From the NCBI GenBank assembly GCA_902561325.1, contig CACEOL010000001.1:156209-220208 (forward strand): a stretch of DNA of 64,000 nt, in the 5' to 3' direction. Below are positions 1 to 10,623 of the stretch, piece by piece. The position numbers were made by a program, and so were the translations under genes. This DNA is from an uncultured SAR86 cluster bacterium. GTDB lineage: Bacteria > Pseudomonadota > Gammaproteobacteria > Magnimaribacterales > AG-339-G14. The notes under the pieces are model-generated. The model was not told where the DNA came from and did not search any database. It saw nothing but the letters and a program-made list of their open reading frames with translations. Every line of letters starts with the position of its first letter. Positions within the stretch are counted from its first letter, which is position 1.

Positions 1-637
1 TTCCAAGATTTTTTAGAGTTTCTACCACAGGTAAAACCCATTTAGAATCATAAACTCCAATACATTGTCTTTTTGCTCCTGCAGGATTTGTAAGTGGTCC
101 AAGCAAATTGAAAATAGTTTTATCGGCAATTCGCTTTCTTACTGGCATTACATATTTCATTCCCGGGTGAAAATTTTGAGCGAACATAAATCCAATTCCA
201 ATTTCCTCAATACATTTAGCAACTTCAATTGGACTAAGACTCAAATTCACATTAGCCGCTTCTAAGACGTCAGCACTGCCACTTTTTCCTGTTGCTGTCC
301 TGTTACCGTGTTTTGCAATTTTTACTTTTGCTGCAGCTGATACGAGACCTGCAGTTGTAGATACGTTCATCATACTTTTCCCAAGTCCTCCTGTTCCGCA
401 ACAGTCAACAAGATTATCTTTCTCTTTCAAATCAACTTTTAAGGAAGCGGCTCTCATTGCTAAAACAGCCCCAGTTAATTCATCTGAGGTTTCCCCTTTG
501 CTTGAAAGACTTAGAAGAAAGTTTTCAATCTCTTGATCTGAGATCTTTCCAAAAAAAATTTCTTGCATTACGTGAGCAGTTTCTTCTTGAGAAAGATTTT
601 TTGATGAAACTTTAGATATGATTTCAGTAGAATTCAT
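1..637 (-). CDS. trpD: Anthranilate phosphoribosyltransferase, N-terminal ~210 codons (3' end lies beyond the window edge)
   Basis: Absent from the ORF track because it has no stop in the window. My reverse-strand translation from the ATG at 637..635 reads MNSTEIISKVSSKNLSQEETAHVMQEIFFGKISDQEIENFLLSLSSKGETSDELTGAVLAMRAASLKVDLKEKDNLVDCCGTGGLGKSMMNVSTTAGLVSAAAKVKIAKHGNRTATGKSGSADVLEAANVNL. This contains the TrpD CGTGG and KHGNR..SGSADVLEA signatures. ATGA overlap with the trpG stop. Confidence 0.85.
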   Translation of the reverse strand, partial: MNSTEIISKVSSKNLSQEETAHVMQEIFFGKISDQEIENFLLSLSSKGETSDELTGAVLAMRAASLKVDLKEKDNLVDCCGTGGLGKSMMNVSTTAGLVSAAAKVKIAKHGNRTATGKSGSADVLEAANVNLSLSPIEVAKCIEEIGIGFMFAQNFHPGMKYVMPVRKRIADKTIFNLLGPLTNPAGAKRQCIGVYDSKWVLPVVETLKNLG

Positions 638-1200
638 ATTGTATTTAAAAAATTAGAAAGAAGTTTTTTCCCATTTTCAGTCATGATTGATTCTGGATGA
701 AACTGAACTCCACTCACATTCAATTTGGAATGTTGAATTCCCATAATAGAGCCATCTTGAGTTCTTGCATTAACTACAAAATCTTTAGAAAGGGTTTTTT
801 CTTCAATAACTAAAGAGTGATATCTGGTTGCAGTAAAATTATTAGGCATGCCTTCAAATAAGAAATTGCCGTCATGCTGTATTTCAGAGGTTTTACCATG
901 CATAAGTTCTTTAGCTTTTACGATATTTGCACCAAAGACTGCACCAATAGCTTGATGTCCCAAACATACGCCTAAAATAGGCTTATTTTCCTTAAAAGAA
1001 TCAATAACTTGCATTGATATTCCAGACTCTTTTGGGGTACAAGGGCCAGGAGAAATTACAATATATTTAGGATCAAGTTTCTTTATTTCTTCTATCGTTA
1101 TTTGATCGTTTCTGAAAGTTTTAACCTCTTGCCCCAACTCTCCAAAGTATTGAACGAGGTTAAAAGTAAAAGAGTCGTAATTGTCAATCATCAATAGCAT
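634..1200 (-). CDS. trpG: Anthranilate synthase component II (class I glutamine amidotransferase; may also serve PabA function)
   Basis: 188 aa. Has LLMIDNYDSFTFNLVQY, GVCLGHQAIG (catalytic Cys) and QFHPES. Sits between trpE and trpD. Confidence 0.9.
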   Translation of the reverse strand: MLLMIDNYDSFTFNLVQYFGELGQEVKTFRNDQITIEEIKKLDPKYIVISPGPCTPKESGISMQVIDSFKENKPILGVCLGHQAIGAVFGANIVKAKELMHGKTSEIQHDGNFLFEGMPNNFTATRYHSLVIEEKTLSKDFVVNARTQDGSIMGIQHSKLNVSGVQFHPESIMTENGKKLLSNFLNTI

Positions 1201-2652
1201 TTAAGAACCTATATTATTAATTGCTTTAACTATTGCCATTGATTTATTGTTCACTTCTTCCCATTCCTTCTCAGCGACAGAATCGGCAACTATGCCTCCA
1301 CCAGCTCCAACATATATTTTGTTATCTTTGATGACTGCACTTCTGATGACAATAGCAGTATCCATATTACCTGACCAAGATATGTACCCTACTGCTCCGC
1401 CGTAAATTCTTCTCCTTGAAACTTCCAGTTCATCAATAATTTCCATAGCCCTAACTTTAGGGGCGCCTGTCAAAGTTCCTGCCGGGAAAGTTGCTCTTAG
1501 TGCATCTATCGGAGAAATATTGTCTCTAACCTTTCCAACTACATTGGAAACCAAATGCATTACATGAGAGTATCTTTCGATTACCATTTTTTCATTAGTA
1601 TTGACTGTACCAATTTCAGCAACTCTTCCGATGTCATTACGACCTAAATCTATCAACATTAAATGTTCTGCTAATTCTTTGGGATCATTTCTGAGTTCAT
1701 CCTCAAGTTGTTGGTCTTCTTTTTCGTTTTGCCCTCGAGGTTTTGTACCGGCAATTGGTCTGACAGTAATATCCCCATGCTCAAGTCTTACTAAAATTTC
1801 TGGGGATGATCCAACTAACTGGTAATCTCCAAAATCTAAGAAAAACATATAAGGGGAAGGATTTAATTTTCTAAGGGATTTATAAAGCTCAAAAGGAGGA
1901 AGATCAAAATCTGCTGATCTTTCTTGAGCAAAGACGACCTGCATTACATCCCCTTCAATTATATAGTCCTTTATTTTTTCAATGCACTTTGAGTATTCTT
2001 CGAAATTCATATTTGATTTGAAAGAAATTTCATTTTTAGAAAGGACTTGTTCATTTTTACTATCATTTTGAGATTCTAGTCTTTCTATCAACTTATCAAT
2101 CTCGCTAAATGTCTCTGCATATGAATTTTCTATATTTGGATTTGAATAAAAGACAACTTCTAAGGTTTTTTCTAAGTTATCAAAAATCATTACTTTGTCA
2201 GATATAAGTAAATTTATATCTTCTATTTCATGAGCTGGATTTTTTGAAGTATTTTGAAGTTTATTTTCTATTAACCTAATGGATTCATAGCCAAAAAAAC
2301 CGACTAATCCTCCGGAAAAAATTGGCAAATCTCCTGTGTCAGGATAAAAATTTTCTTCTAAATAATTTTCAATAAATTTCAAAGGATTAGATGAGGAAAT
2401 TTTTTCTTCGATACCCTTTAAATTTAAAGAAATTTCACAGTTCTTAACTTTAATTGAAGAATCCGAGGGTAATCCAATAATCGAGTATCTACCCCATTTC
2501 ATATCAACTTCTGCAGATTCTAAAAAATAAGAGCCTTTTGACTTAAATTTTTCAAAAATATCAATAGGTATAAGCTTTTCAGCCTTAATTTTCTTTGATA
2601 AAGGTACACGATTATATGTACCTTTTTGATGATAGAATTCCTTTTCTTTCAT
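1201..2652 (-). CDS. trpE: Anthranilate synthase component I
   Basis: 483 aa. Has LNPSPYMFFLDFG, GTLTGAPKVRAMEIIDELE and RRIYGGAVGY (chorismate-binding family). Abuts trpG with no spacer. Confidence 0.9.
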   Translation of the reverse strand: MKEKEFYHQKGTYNRVPLSKKIKAEKLIPIDIFEKFKSKGSYFLESAEVDMKWGRYSIIGLPSDSSIKVKNCEISLNLKGIEEKISSSNPLKFIENYLEENFYPDTGDLPIFSGGLVGFFGYESIRLIENKLQNTSKNPAHEIEDINLLISDKVMIFDNLEKTLEVVFYSNPNIENSYAETFSEIDKLIERLESQNDSKNEQVLSKNEISFKSNMNFEEYSKCIEKIKDYIIEGDVMQVVFAQERSADFDLPPFELYKSLRKLNPSPYMFFLDFGDYQLVGSSPEILVRLEHGDITVRPIAGTKPRGQNEKEDQQLEDELRNDPKELAEHLMLIDLGRNDIGRVAEIGTVNTNEKMVIERYSHVMHLVSNVVGKVRDNISPIDALRATFPAGTLTGAPKVRAMEIIDELEVSRRRIYGGAVGYISWSGNMDTAIVIRSAVIKDNKIYVGAGGGIVADSVAEKEWEEVNNKSMAIVKAINNIGS

Positions 2653-3060
2653 TTAATTTAGGACTAGTTTTGAATTATTCTTGATATTATGTGAAGAAAA
2701 CCAGCCTTTAGAAAGTTCTAAAGCATATTTAGCAGGTTCAGATGAGCATACAGATTCAAGTGATCTAGGAAATAAATCCTTCACTTCAATCAAAGTCATA
2801 TCTTCTCTAAAGAAACCGAGATCTAAAGGAATATAAGTATTTTTCATCCACATACATCTTTTACCTTCATTTTTCCAAATGAATAACATTCCATCTAAAT
2901 TTGATAAATCTTTTCTATACATGAGACCTTTTGTTTTCTCTCTTTGAGAAATAGCCAATTCTACGCATAAATTTACTTTCTCAATAGAAATTGAACTGCA
3001 TTGCTTATCAGAACTAGCTAAAACTGGAGCCAATAAAAGAAGAAAAAGTAATTTAATCAA
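2653..3060 (-). CDS. Secreted DUF192-family protein
   Basis: 135 aa. N-terminal signal peptide [17 protein letters not shown]. The GMLFIW...[15 protein letters not shown] block is typical of DUF192 (COG1430). Confidence 0.55.
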   Translation of the reverse strand: MIKLLFLLLLAPVLASSDKQCSSISIEKVNLCVELAISQREKTKGLMYRKDLSNLDGMLFIWKNEGKRCMWMKNTYIPLDLGFFREDMTLIEVKDLFPRSLESVCSSEPAKYALELSKGWFSSHNIKNNSKLVLN

Positions 3061-3721
3061 TTAAAGATTTTAAATTTGAGATTGTGTCTTTGTAATCTTT
3101 TGTATTAAAAATAGCAGAGCCTGCAACAAAAGTATCGGCACCTGCCTTGGAAACCTCCGAAATATTTTCTTTTGAGATTCCTCCATCTACTTCTAACCTA
3201 ATTTCTTTATCCAGAGAATCTATCTTCTTTCTTAACTTTTTAATTTTAGGAATTGTTGAGTCTATGAACTTTTGCCCTCCAAAACCAGGATTTACGCTCA
3301 TTAATAAAACCAAGTCTAATTCCGGCAGAATTGAATTTATTGTGCTTAAAGGTGTAGCTGGATTTAGAACCATGCCAGCTTTTAAATTATAATTTTTTAT
3401 TGTCTGAACACATTTATGAATATGTTCGGTTGCTTCCGGATGAAAACTTATAACTGATGCTCCTGCTTCAGCAAAATCATCAATCAATCTCTCTACTGGC
3501 TTAACCATTAAGTGCACATCAATTGGAGCTTTTATTCCATAATCAATTAAGGACTTACATACCATAGGGCCAATAGTAAGATTGGGTACGTAGTGATTAT
3601 CCATTACATCAAAGTGAACCCAATCAGCTCCAGCTGATAATACTGCATCAACCTCTTTCCCAAGCTGAGAAAAATCTGCAGATAAAATTGATGGGGCGAT
3701 TACATTCTTTTGTTTAGCCAT
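3053..3721 (-). CDS. rpe: Ribulose-phosphate 3-epimerase
   Basis: 222 aa. Has [22 protein letters not shown] and [12 protein letters not shown]. Confidence 0.95.
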   Translation of the reverse strand: MAKQKNVIAPSILSADFSQLGKEVDAVLSAGADWVHFDVMDNHYVPNLTIGPMVCKSLIDYGIKAPIDVHLMVKPVERLIDDFAEAGASVISFHPEATEHIHKCVQTIKNYNLKAGMVLNPATPLSTINSILPELDLVLLMSVNPGFGGQKFIDSTIPKIKKLRKKIDSLDKEIRLEVDGGISKENISEVSKAGADTFVAGSAIFNTKDYKDTISNLKSLID

Positions 3722-3734
3722 AAGCAGAAGTTTA

Positions 3735-4394
3735 CTATTCGACTACTAACCCGTCTAACAAGTTCAACTCTTTTTTTGAGTTTAAATTTACTAAATCTCC
3801 TGAATAAATCTCTCCTGTAACTTCATTTTGTTTTACATACTTTTGAAGTAAATCAGTCCACAAATCATAATAATCTTCTTTTAGACCTTTAAAAATTTTT
3901 GGGTGTATCAAAGCAATACCTGCATAAGTTAGATTGTTTTTTGTTTTTGAATTTTTTACGATACCAGCATCAAGATATGCATCTTTTGATTTTTTTTCTT
4001 CAACAAAAATTAAATGAGCAGCTTTTTTTAATTTAAAGTCTATAAACTTTTCAAGAGGGTAATCGCTCCACAGATCCCCACTTAATAATAAAAAAGGTTT
4101 TCTATGAATAAGTCTTTTAGCTTTTATCAATGCGCCGCCAGTACCTTGAATTTCTTCCTCGTGTGAATAATTAATTTTTAAACCATATTTTTCTCCTTTG
4201 CCAATCGATCTAATAATTTTATTTGATAGGTAGTGAGTATTTATGACTACATCATTAAAGCCTGCCTTTTTAATTTTTTTTAAATTCCAATAAATCAGAG
4301 GTTTATTATTAATTTTGATTAATGGCTTGGGTAAATTTTCTGTAAAGGGTCTAAGCCTCTTTCCAAAACCGGCTGCTAAAATAAATACTTTCAT
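3735..4394 (-). CDS. murU: Sugar-1-phosphate nucleotidyltransferase, MurU-like (MurNAc-alpha-1-P uridylyltransferase)
   Basis: 219 aa. Has the [21 protein letters not shown] nucleotidyltransferase motif. Overlaps an AmgK-like kinase gene and lies next to lptD, as in Pseudomonas. Confidence 0.7.
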   Translation of the reverse strand: MKVFILAAGFGKRLRPFTENLPKPLIKINNKPLIYWNLKKIKKAGFNDVVINTHYLSNKIIRSIGKGEKYGLKINYSHEEEIQGTGGALIKAKRLIHRKPFLLLSGDLWSDYPLEKFIDFKLKKAAHLIFVEEKKSKDAYLDAGIVKNSKTKNNLTYAGIALIHPKIFKGLKEDYYDLWTDLLQKYVKQNEVTGEIYSGDLVNLNSKKELNLLDGLVVE

Positions 4395-5410
4395 AATGTT
4401 TTCAACCTTTGTTCCAAAGTTGGTATTAAGTTTTTGAACAAGTCGCTATACTTTTTTGTCTCTGTATATTCTGAAGAAGTATTCATTAAATATTTAAGAA
4501 TGGTTTTAAAATCTTTGATTCTTTCTGATCGCTTTAACTCTAAAAAAACTTGAGATAATTTTCCTAATATTCTTGTCTGCCTTTGAAGACTTGCAAAATC
4601 AATCATTCTTTTAACATCTATAGATTTAAGCGAAGCGCTTTTTACTATTTGAGATTTTTCAACGTAAAAATCAAGCCAATTTACTATTTCTTCTTTGGTC
4701 CAATCTATATAAAGATCTTTAAATATCGAGGCTAGGTCTATTCCCAGAGGGCCTATCAAAGCATCTTGAAAATCAATTACGCCAATTTTTTCTTCAGACA
4801 ATGACATTAAATTTCTTGATTCAAAATCATAATGGTTTATGACCTGAGGATAATCTCTGATTTCAGAGATTATTATCGAATAAAATTCATGAATTTCGTC
4901 TTTTGAGCTTTCAAGTTCAGGTACTTCTAAAAATTCTTCTAAAAAGAATTTTTTAAATAAATTTAAATTATTTACTGTAACTTTTTCAAAGTCAGAAAAA
5001 ATGTCTTTATCTAGCTCTATAACTTCAATTTTATGAATTTGATCTATCGCTAATTTGATTAGTTTATTTGAATTTTTTTTATTCAAATAAAATTGCAAAA
5101 CGTCATCGCCAAAATCTTCAACAATTAAATGTCCAAGAGAATCATTTTTAAAATGAATATCTGGTACGTTTACGTTTGCTTGTTTAAATATTTTTGCCTT
5201 AGTGTAAAAGGATTCAATACTTTCATCTATTCCCTCAGGAACAACCATTAATATAGAGCTTTTATCTTTGAAAGGAATTCGAAAAAATGTCCTTTGACTA
5301 GACTCTATTCGAAGCTTTTGACCTTTAGATAGAATGTCTTCATTTGATACACCAATGCTTTCTGATACCCACTTTAAGGATTCAGCAGAAATATCGCTTG
5401 GCTGAATCAA
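4391..5410 (-). CDS. amgK: APH-fold sugar kinase, AmgK-like (anomeric MurNAc/GlcNAc kinase)
   Basis: 339 aa. Has a catalytic-loop-like HYDFESRNLM and IDFQDA. ATGA-type overlap with murU. The synteny amgK-murU / lptD-surA-pdxA matches Pseudomonas. Confidence 0.65.
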   Translation of the reverse strand: MIQPSDISAESLKWVSESIGVSNEDILSKGQKLRIESSQRTFFRIPFKDKSSILMVVPEGIDESIESFYTKAKIFKQANVNVPDIHFKNDSLGHLIVEDFGDDVLQFYLNKKNSNKLIKLAIDQIHKIEVIELDKDIFSDFEKVTVNNLNLFKKFFLEEFLEVPELESSKDEIHEFYSIIISEIRDYPQVINHYDFESRNLMSLSEEKIGVIDFQDALIGPLGIDLASIFKDLYIDWTKEEIVNWLDFYVEKSQIVKSASLKSIDVKRMIDFASLQRQTRILGKLSQVFLELKRSERIKDFKTILKYLMNTSSEYTETKKYSDLFKNLIPTLEQRLKTL

Positions 5411-5415
5411 AATTC

Positions 5416-6276
5416 TTAGGAGTCTATTGCCTCTTTAGGAGGAGGAATGTCATCTGGTACAAAAAAGTCTGGCGCTAACTGAGCAAAAGGTACCTCAGCA
5501 TATTTTGAAAAATCTTTTACTCCATTATCAGCCAGCAAATTATCATCGATACAAAAGTTACCAGTAAAATCTTTAGAATTTTTTGTAAGAATTACATAAG
5601 CAGCATCGGCCATAATTTCAGGAGTTCTAGATACTTTTACGGTTTCATCTCCACCAAGAATATTTTTTACTGCAGCTGTTGCAATAGCTGTTCTGGGCCA
5701 TAAAGCATTTACTGCAACGCCTTGTTCTTTAAATTCCTCAGCCATTCCCAATACGCAAAGGCTCATCCCAAATTTAGCTATCGAATAAGCCACATTGTTT
5801 GCGAACCATTTAGGATTCATATCCAAAGGAGGAGATAAATTTAAAATATGAGGATTTTCAGCTTTTAGTAAATAAGGAAGACATTTCTTTGATGTTAAAA
5901 AGGTTCCCCTTGCATTTATTTGATTCATCAAATCATATCTTTTCATGTCAGTTTGAAGTGTATTAGTTAATTGTATAGCGCTGGCATTATTCACACATAT
6001 ATCGATGCCGCCAAAATGGTCAGCTCCCTTATTAACTGCCTCTTCCAATTGATCTTCAAACCTCACATCGCATAAAACAGGAAAAGCTTTTCCCCCGGCT
6101 TCTTCAATTTCTTCAGCAGCTGTATAAATTGTTCCGGGAAGTTTTGGGTGCGGTTCAGCTGTTTTAGCAGCTAAAATCACATTAGCTCCATCTTGAGCTG
6201 CTCTTTTAGCAATTGCCAGTCCAATCCCTCTTGAAGCTCCTGAAATGAATAAAGTTTTGTTTGTTAATTTGCTCAT
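5416..6276 (-). CDS. Short-chain dehydrogenase/reductase, HSDL2-like
   Basis: 286 aa. Has FISGASRGIGLAIAKRAAQDGANV, PHPKLPGTIYTAAEEIE and YSIAK (YxxxK). From memory, it aligns along its full length to the SDR domain of human HSDL2. Confidence 0.8.
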   Translation of the reverse strand: MSKLTNKTLFISGASRGIGLAIAKRAAQDGANVILAAKTAEPHPKLPGTIYTAAEEIEEAGGKAFPVLCDVRFEDQLEEAVNKGADHFGGIDICVNNASAIQLTNTLQTDMKRYDLMNQINARGTFLTSKKCLPYLLKAENPHILNLSPPLDMNPKWFANNVAYSIAKFGMSLCVLGMAEEFKEQGVAVNALWPRTAIATAAVKNILGGDETVKVSRTPEIMADAAYVILTKNSKDFTGNFCIDDNLLADNGVKDFSKYAEVPFAQLAPDFFVPDDIPPPKEAIDS

Positions 6277-6367
6277 AAAATTTCCTTACTTAATAGAATT
6301 ATTTTAAACACAATTAAAATTCTGTATATCTCTAATATTAAATTTTTTTAAAGGTAAAATAGTATTC

Positions 6368-8416
6368 TTGAATAAAATATTTAATTCTCTTTTTTTCACT
6401 GCTTTTTTTGTTGGCAGCTTATTTGCTTCTAATATTGAATTTGAAGCAGATAAAACGTCCTTTGATACTAAAAATGAATATTTATTGTTAAAGGGCAATG
6501 TATCTCTAAAAATTGAAAATCTTCAATTTAAAGCTGACCAAGTAAGTTTGGACAATAAAAATAAAGTTTTTTCTAGCGAAAAAATTAGTTTTTCTACCTT
6601 GGATGATTTTATTTATGGGCAAACCAAGTTCGTGAGTATTTCGAAAGAGGAAACGTTGATGAAAGATGTAGAATTTTCAAGTTGTCCTTGTGAAGACAAA
6701 ATATGGTGGGTTGAGTCTAAAGAATTAAAATTTCAAAACAAGAATAATTTGCTTACAGCTAAGAAGAGTAAGCTTATAGTTCAAGGTAGAACTCTTGCAT
6801 ATTTGAATAGTGCAAATTTTCCTATAAGCGCAAAAAGGAAGAGCGGTATTCTTCTGCCAGAAATCTCTGTAAATGAAAGATCTGGTCTGGATGTGAAAAT
6901 TCCGGTTTATCTTAATCTCAGAGAAAATCTTGATTTGACCCTCGAACCTAGATTGATGACACAAAGAGGCTATGGAATTACTAGTCAACTTAGATATTTA
7001 GGAAAAAATTATGAAGGATATTTTAATTCTTCCTTGCTCAACGACAATGAATCTACTTTTAAAGCTTTAGAAACTGATGATATAAGATGGTCATATAATC
7101 TTGCTCATCAACAAAAAATTGGTTCTTCTTTATTTTTTAACTTGAATACTTCATCTTCGGGAGATCCATTCTATTTATCGGACTTGGGAAGTTTTATGAG
7201 TGGATTATCTAGAACTTATGTTTTACCACAGAAAGCCGACATTACTTATTTTAAAGATAATTTATTTATTCGAGCAGATATTAATTCTTTTAAAGTGACT
7301 AACCCTTTGGGGGCTAATCAGTTTCAAAGAATTCCTGGGCTTGAATTTAGATATTTTTTAAATAAAAGTAGTATTAGTTTTAATTTAAATGCAGATTTAG
7401 GATATTTCAGGAAAGGAGGTTCATTTAGAAATAATGAAAGAGAGAGCCTAAAAAAACTCTCATTAAATCCAAGTATTTCTCATGCCTTTTCCAAAAAAAA
7501 TTACTTTCTAAGGTCCGATATCTATTTAAATTATTTTTTTCTTGAGAACAATGGAAATAAGAATAGTGAGTTTTTGCCTTCTTTAAAAATCAAACAGTCC
7601 CTCAAATTCTATAAATCAAAAGATAACTTAAAATTGCTTTTAAAGCCTTACTTAGATTTTTACATTTCAGATCAAAAAAAAATTATCAATAATATAACTC
7701 TTGATTCTGGGCTAAGAATGTCCTCCCTTAATGAAAGTCCGATATTTGGAGATTTATTTTTAAGTAATCAAAGAGATGTAAATTTAGGATCGAGCCTTAG
7801 GCTGAGAAATCATGATGGATCAGTTTTGAACTTTAGTGTAGAACAATTATTTTCCTTAGGAGAGAAAAAACTTTTTTTTGAAAATTTCCGAATAGATTTT
7901 CCTGATCCCTTTTCGATAAAAATGAATTATAAAAATAATTCTAAGATTAATTATTCTTCAGAATTTTCAATTGATAAAAACCATAATTTTTCTTCTTATA
8001 GAAACTCCTTAAAAATAAATTCTCTTAATTTTAAACTGACATTTGACCATTATCTTGTAAGAAATATTAACGTATTTAATCTGAATAAAAATATCAACGA
8101 AATCAAAAAGATAAACTCTTTTGATATTTCCAGCATTTTTAATTTTAATGAAAATTGGAGCGGTGGTTTTAAATTCATAAATGATATTGAACAAAAGAAA
8201 AACATAAATTCTGTCTTAACATTAGATTATGAAAATGATGGATTAAGAGTTGGGATTGCATATATGAAATCAATAGAACTTGATTGGGTAAGTATTTTGG
8301 AAAATAGAGTATTTAAAGATTATCATAAGGACAGATTTAGATTGTTTTTCGAACTGAAAGGCCTCGGATCATTAGGAAGGCCAAAAGAAGACTACATAAA
8401 AAGAAGAAATTTATGA
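6368..8416 (+). CDS. lptD: LPS-assembly outer-membrane protein LptD
   Basis: 682 aa with a TTG start and signal peptide. OstA-like N-terminus followed by a long beta-rich C-terminus. Directly upstream of surA-pdxA-rsmA-apaH. Confidence 0.85.
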   Translation: MNKIFNSLFFTAFFVGSLFASNIEFEADKTSFDTKNEYLLLKGNVSLKIENLQFKADQVSLDNKNKVFSSEKISFSTLDDFIYGQTKFVSISKEETLMKDVEFSSCPCEDKIWWVESKELKFQNKNNLLTAKKSKLIVQGRTLAYLNSANFPISAKRKSGILLPEISVNERSGLDVKIPVYLNLRENLDLTLEPRLMTQRGYGITSQLRYLGKNYEGYFNSSLLNDNESTFKALETDDIRWSYNLAHQQKIGSSLFFNLNTSSSGDPFYLSDLGSFMSGLSRTYVLPQKADITYFKDNLFIRADINSFKVTNPLGANQFQRIPGLEFRYFLNKSSISFNLNADLGYFRKGGSFRNNERESLKKLSLNPSISHAFSKKNYFLRSDIYLNYFFLENNGNKNSEFLPSLKIKQSLKFYKSKDNLKLLLKPYLDFYISDQKKIINNITLDSGLRMSSLNESPIFGDLFLSNQRDVNLGSSLRLRNHDGSVLNFSVEQLFSLGEKKLFFENFRIDFPDPFSIKMNYKNNSKINYSSEFSIDKNHNFSSYRNSLKINSLNFKLTFDHYLVRNINVFNLNKNINEIKKINSFDISSIFNFNENWSGGFKFINDIEQKKNINSVLTLDYENDGLRVGIAYMKSIELDWVSILENRVFKDYHKDRFRLFFELKGLGSLGRPKEDYIKRRNL

Positions 8417-9681
8417 AAATTTTATGCCTATTACTGTTTAGTCAAATACTTTTGTCTAATGTTAATTTTGTAGACAGGATTGGAGTAATTGTCGAAGAAG
8501 GGATAATTATGGAATCTGAAGTGAATAATGCTTTGGAACAAGCAATAAAAAATTTAAAAAAAAATGGTAATCAAATCCCTCCAAAAGAATTTCTGTTTAA
8601 TAATGTTCTTGAAAAATTAATCATGGATGAAATTCTTATGCAGAAAGCAAAAAAGTTTGGAATAAGAATTAGCGACCAAGAGCTTAATGAGTCATTAATT
8701 AGGATTGCAAGTCAAGAAAATTTAAATCTTAAGGAGTTCAAAGAAAAGATTGAAAAAGAAGGAGATACCTTCAAGTCATTTAGAGAAATTATAAAAAAAG
8801 AATTGATGATAAGAAGAGTTCAGTCCGGATTAGTTAGACCAAAAATAGTAATTTCAGACCAAGAAATTGAAAATTACATCAATTCCTCTGAAGGAGAAGA
8901 ACTAATTTCCACTGAATATAAAATAGAACAAATTCTTTTAAAATTTCCTTCTAATTTGAACAATAAAATTAAAGAAAGATATAAAAATCAGGCTAAAGAC
9001 ATAATAAAAGAAATCGATGACGGATTAGATTTCCAAGATGCAATAAAGAAATATTCCTATTTGAAAGAAGAAGAAAATTTTGGAGGAATATATTGGAAAA
9101 AAATCTCAGAGATTCCTTCTATTTTTGAAAAAAAATTAAAAAGCATGAAGCGTAACGATATTTTTGGACCCTTAGAAAGTGGAGCAGGAATTCACATAAT
9201 AAAACTTTCAGGTATTAGAGGAGATTCTATTAAAGTTGAGGAACAATCTTTAGTTCAACATATTCTCATAGAAACCTCTGAAATAAGAAGTGAAAAGCAA
9301 GCCGAAGACTTAATAAATAGTTTATATGACAGAGCCCAAGAAGAAGATTTAGGAATTTTAGCAAGAATTTATTCAGACGATCCTGGATCAAAGCTCAATG
9401 CTGGAAAATTGGATTGGGCTCCAGAGGGTGTTTACGATGAAAATTTTGAAAAAACCATCAAGAAAGTTAAGTTAGGTGAAATAAGCAAGCCATTTAAAAG
9501 TTCTTTTGGATGGCACATACTTAAAGTTTTAGAAAAAAGAGAAAAAAATATATCGGATGAGATAATTAAAGATAAAGCTTTTGGCATTCTATTTAACAGA
9601 AAGTTTAACGAACAACTCCAAAACACACTGGAAGAAATAAGATCTGAATCTTTTGTAGATATAAAAATTTCTTCTTCATGA
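8413..9681 (+). CDS. surA: Periplasmic chaperone/peptidyl-prolyl isomerase SurA
   Basis: 422 aa. Signal peptide, SurA N-terminal domain, and parvulin domains (GWHILKV). ATGA overlap with lptD. Confidence 0.9.
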   Translation: MKILCLLLFSQILLSNVNFVDRIGVIVEEGIIMESEVNNALEQAIKNLKKNGNQIPPKEFLFNNVLEKLIMDEILMQKAKKFGIRISDQELNESLIRIASQENLNLKEFKEKIEKEGDTFKSFREIIKKELMIRRVQSGLVRPKIVISDQEIENYINSSEGEELISTEYKIEQILLKFPSNLNNKIKERYKNQAKDIIKEIDDGLDFQDAIKKYSYLKEEENFGGIYWKKISEIPSIFEKKLKSMKRNDIFGPLESGAGIHIIKLSGIRGDSIKVEEQSLVQHILIETSEIRSEKQAEDLINSLYDRAQEEDLGILARIYSDDPGSKLNAGKLDWAPEGVYDENFEKTIKKVKLGEISKPFKSSFGWHILKVLEKREKNISDEIIKDKAFGILFNRKFNEQLQNTLEEIRSESFVDIKISSS

Positions 9682-10622
9682 ATAAATTCTTTATTTCTCC
9701 TGGCGACCCTGCTGGAATTGGACCTGAAATAACCCTTAAAGCGTTATCAAATAATCAAGATTTACAGAATAAGTTTGTTTTAGCCGGCGATAAAGCTTTT
9801 TACCAAAGTTTGATAAATAAACATAATTTAAAGATAAATTTGACTGATGAAAGCGCTAGAGATGAGGGTATCAAATTCAAACATTTTCCACTTCAAAATA
9901 AAGTTTCTATGGGTGAGCCAGATGTAGCTAATGCAAACTACATTATTGATATCCTTTCTCACGGCGCTTTAGGTTGTCTCAAAAAAGAATTCAAAGGTCT
10001 TATTACTGGGCCAATTAATAAAGAATTGATTAATGAATCTGGATTTGAATTTTCTGGTCACACTGAATTTCTATCTGATATTTCTAATGCAAAAAAAGTA
10101 GTGATGCTTTTAATGAATAAAAAACTAAAGATTGCGCTTCTTACAACTCATATTCCGCTATCTGAAGTTCCATCTAAATTATCAAAAAAGAACTTAGAAG
10201 AGACCGTGTCGATTATTTCTAGAGAATTTAAAAATACTTTAAAAATTGAAAATCCTTCTATATGTCTTTTAGGCCTAAATCCTCATGCTGGTGAGGGAGG
10301 CTATATAGGTTATGAGGAGGAGGAAATTTTAAAACCTTTTGTGAGCTCCTCCGAAGAGAATGTTTATGGTCCAATATCTGCTGACACAGCATTTATTGAA
10401 AAAAATATAAAGAAATATGATGTTTTTCTAGCCATGTATCATGATCAAGGTTTGCCTGTAATTAAATCAATGGGTTTTGGAAATACACTAAACGTTACTT
10501 TGGGATTGCCTTTCATTAGAATTTCGGTAGATCATGGAACAGCATATGAAATAGCAGGAAAGAATGAAGCTGATTTTTCTAGCATGGAAGAAGCTTTAAA
10601 AACATCGGTTTCACTGCTTTAA
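9678..10622 (+). CDS. pdxA: 4-hydroxythreonine-4-phosphate dehydrogenase
   Basis: 314 aa. Has GDPAGIGPEI, SGHTEFL, NPHAGEGG and YHDQGL. Confidence 0.95.
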   Translation: MNKFFISPGDPAGIGPEITLKALSNNQDLQNKFVLAGDKAFYQSLINKHNLKINLTDESARDEGIKFKHFPLQNKVSMGEPDVANANYIIDILSHGALGCLKKEFKGLITGPINKELINESGFEFSGHTEFLSDISNAKKVVMLLMNKKLKIALLTTHIPLSEVPSKLSKKNLEETVSIISREFKNTLKIENPSICLLGLNPHAGEGGYIGYEEEEILKPFVSSSEENVYGPISADTAFIEKNIKKYDVFLAMYHDQGLPVIKSMGFGNTLNVTLGLPFIRISVDHGTAYEIAGKNEADFSSMEEALKTSVSLL

Positions 10623-10623
10623 A

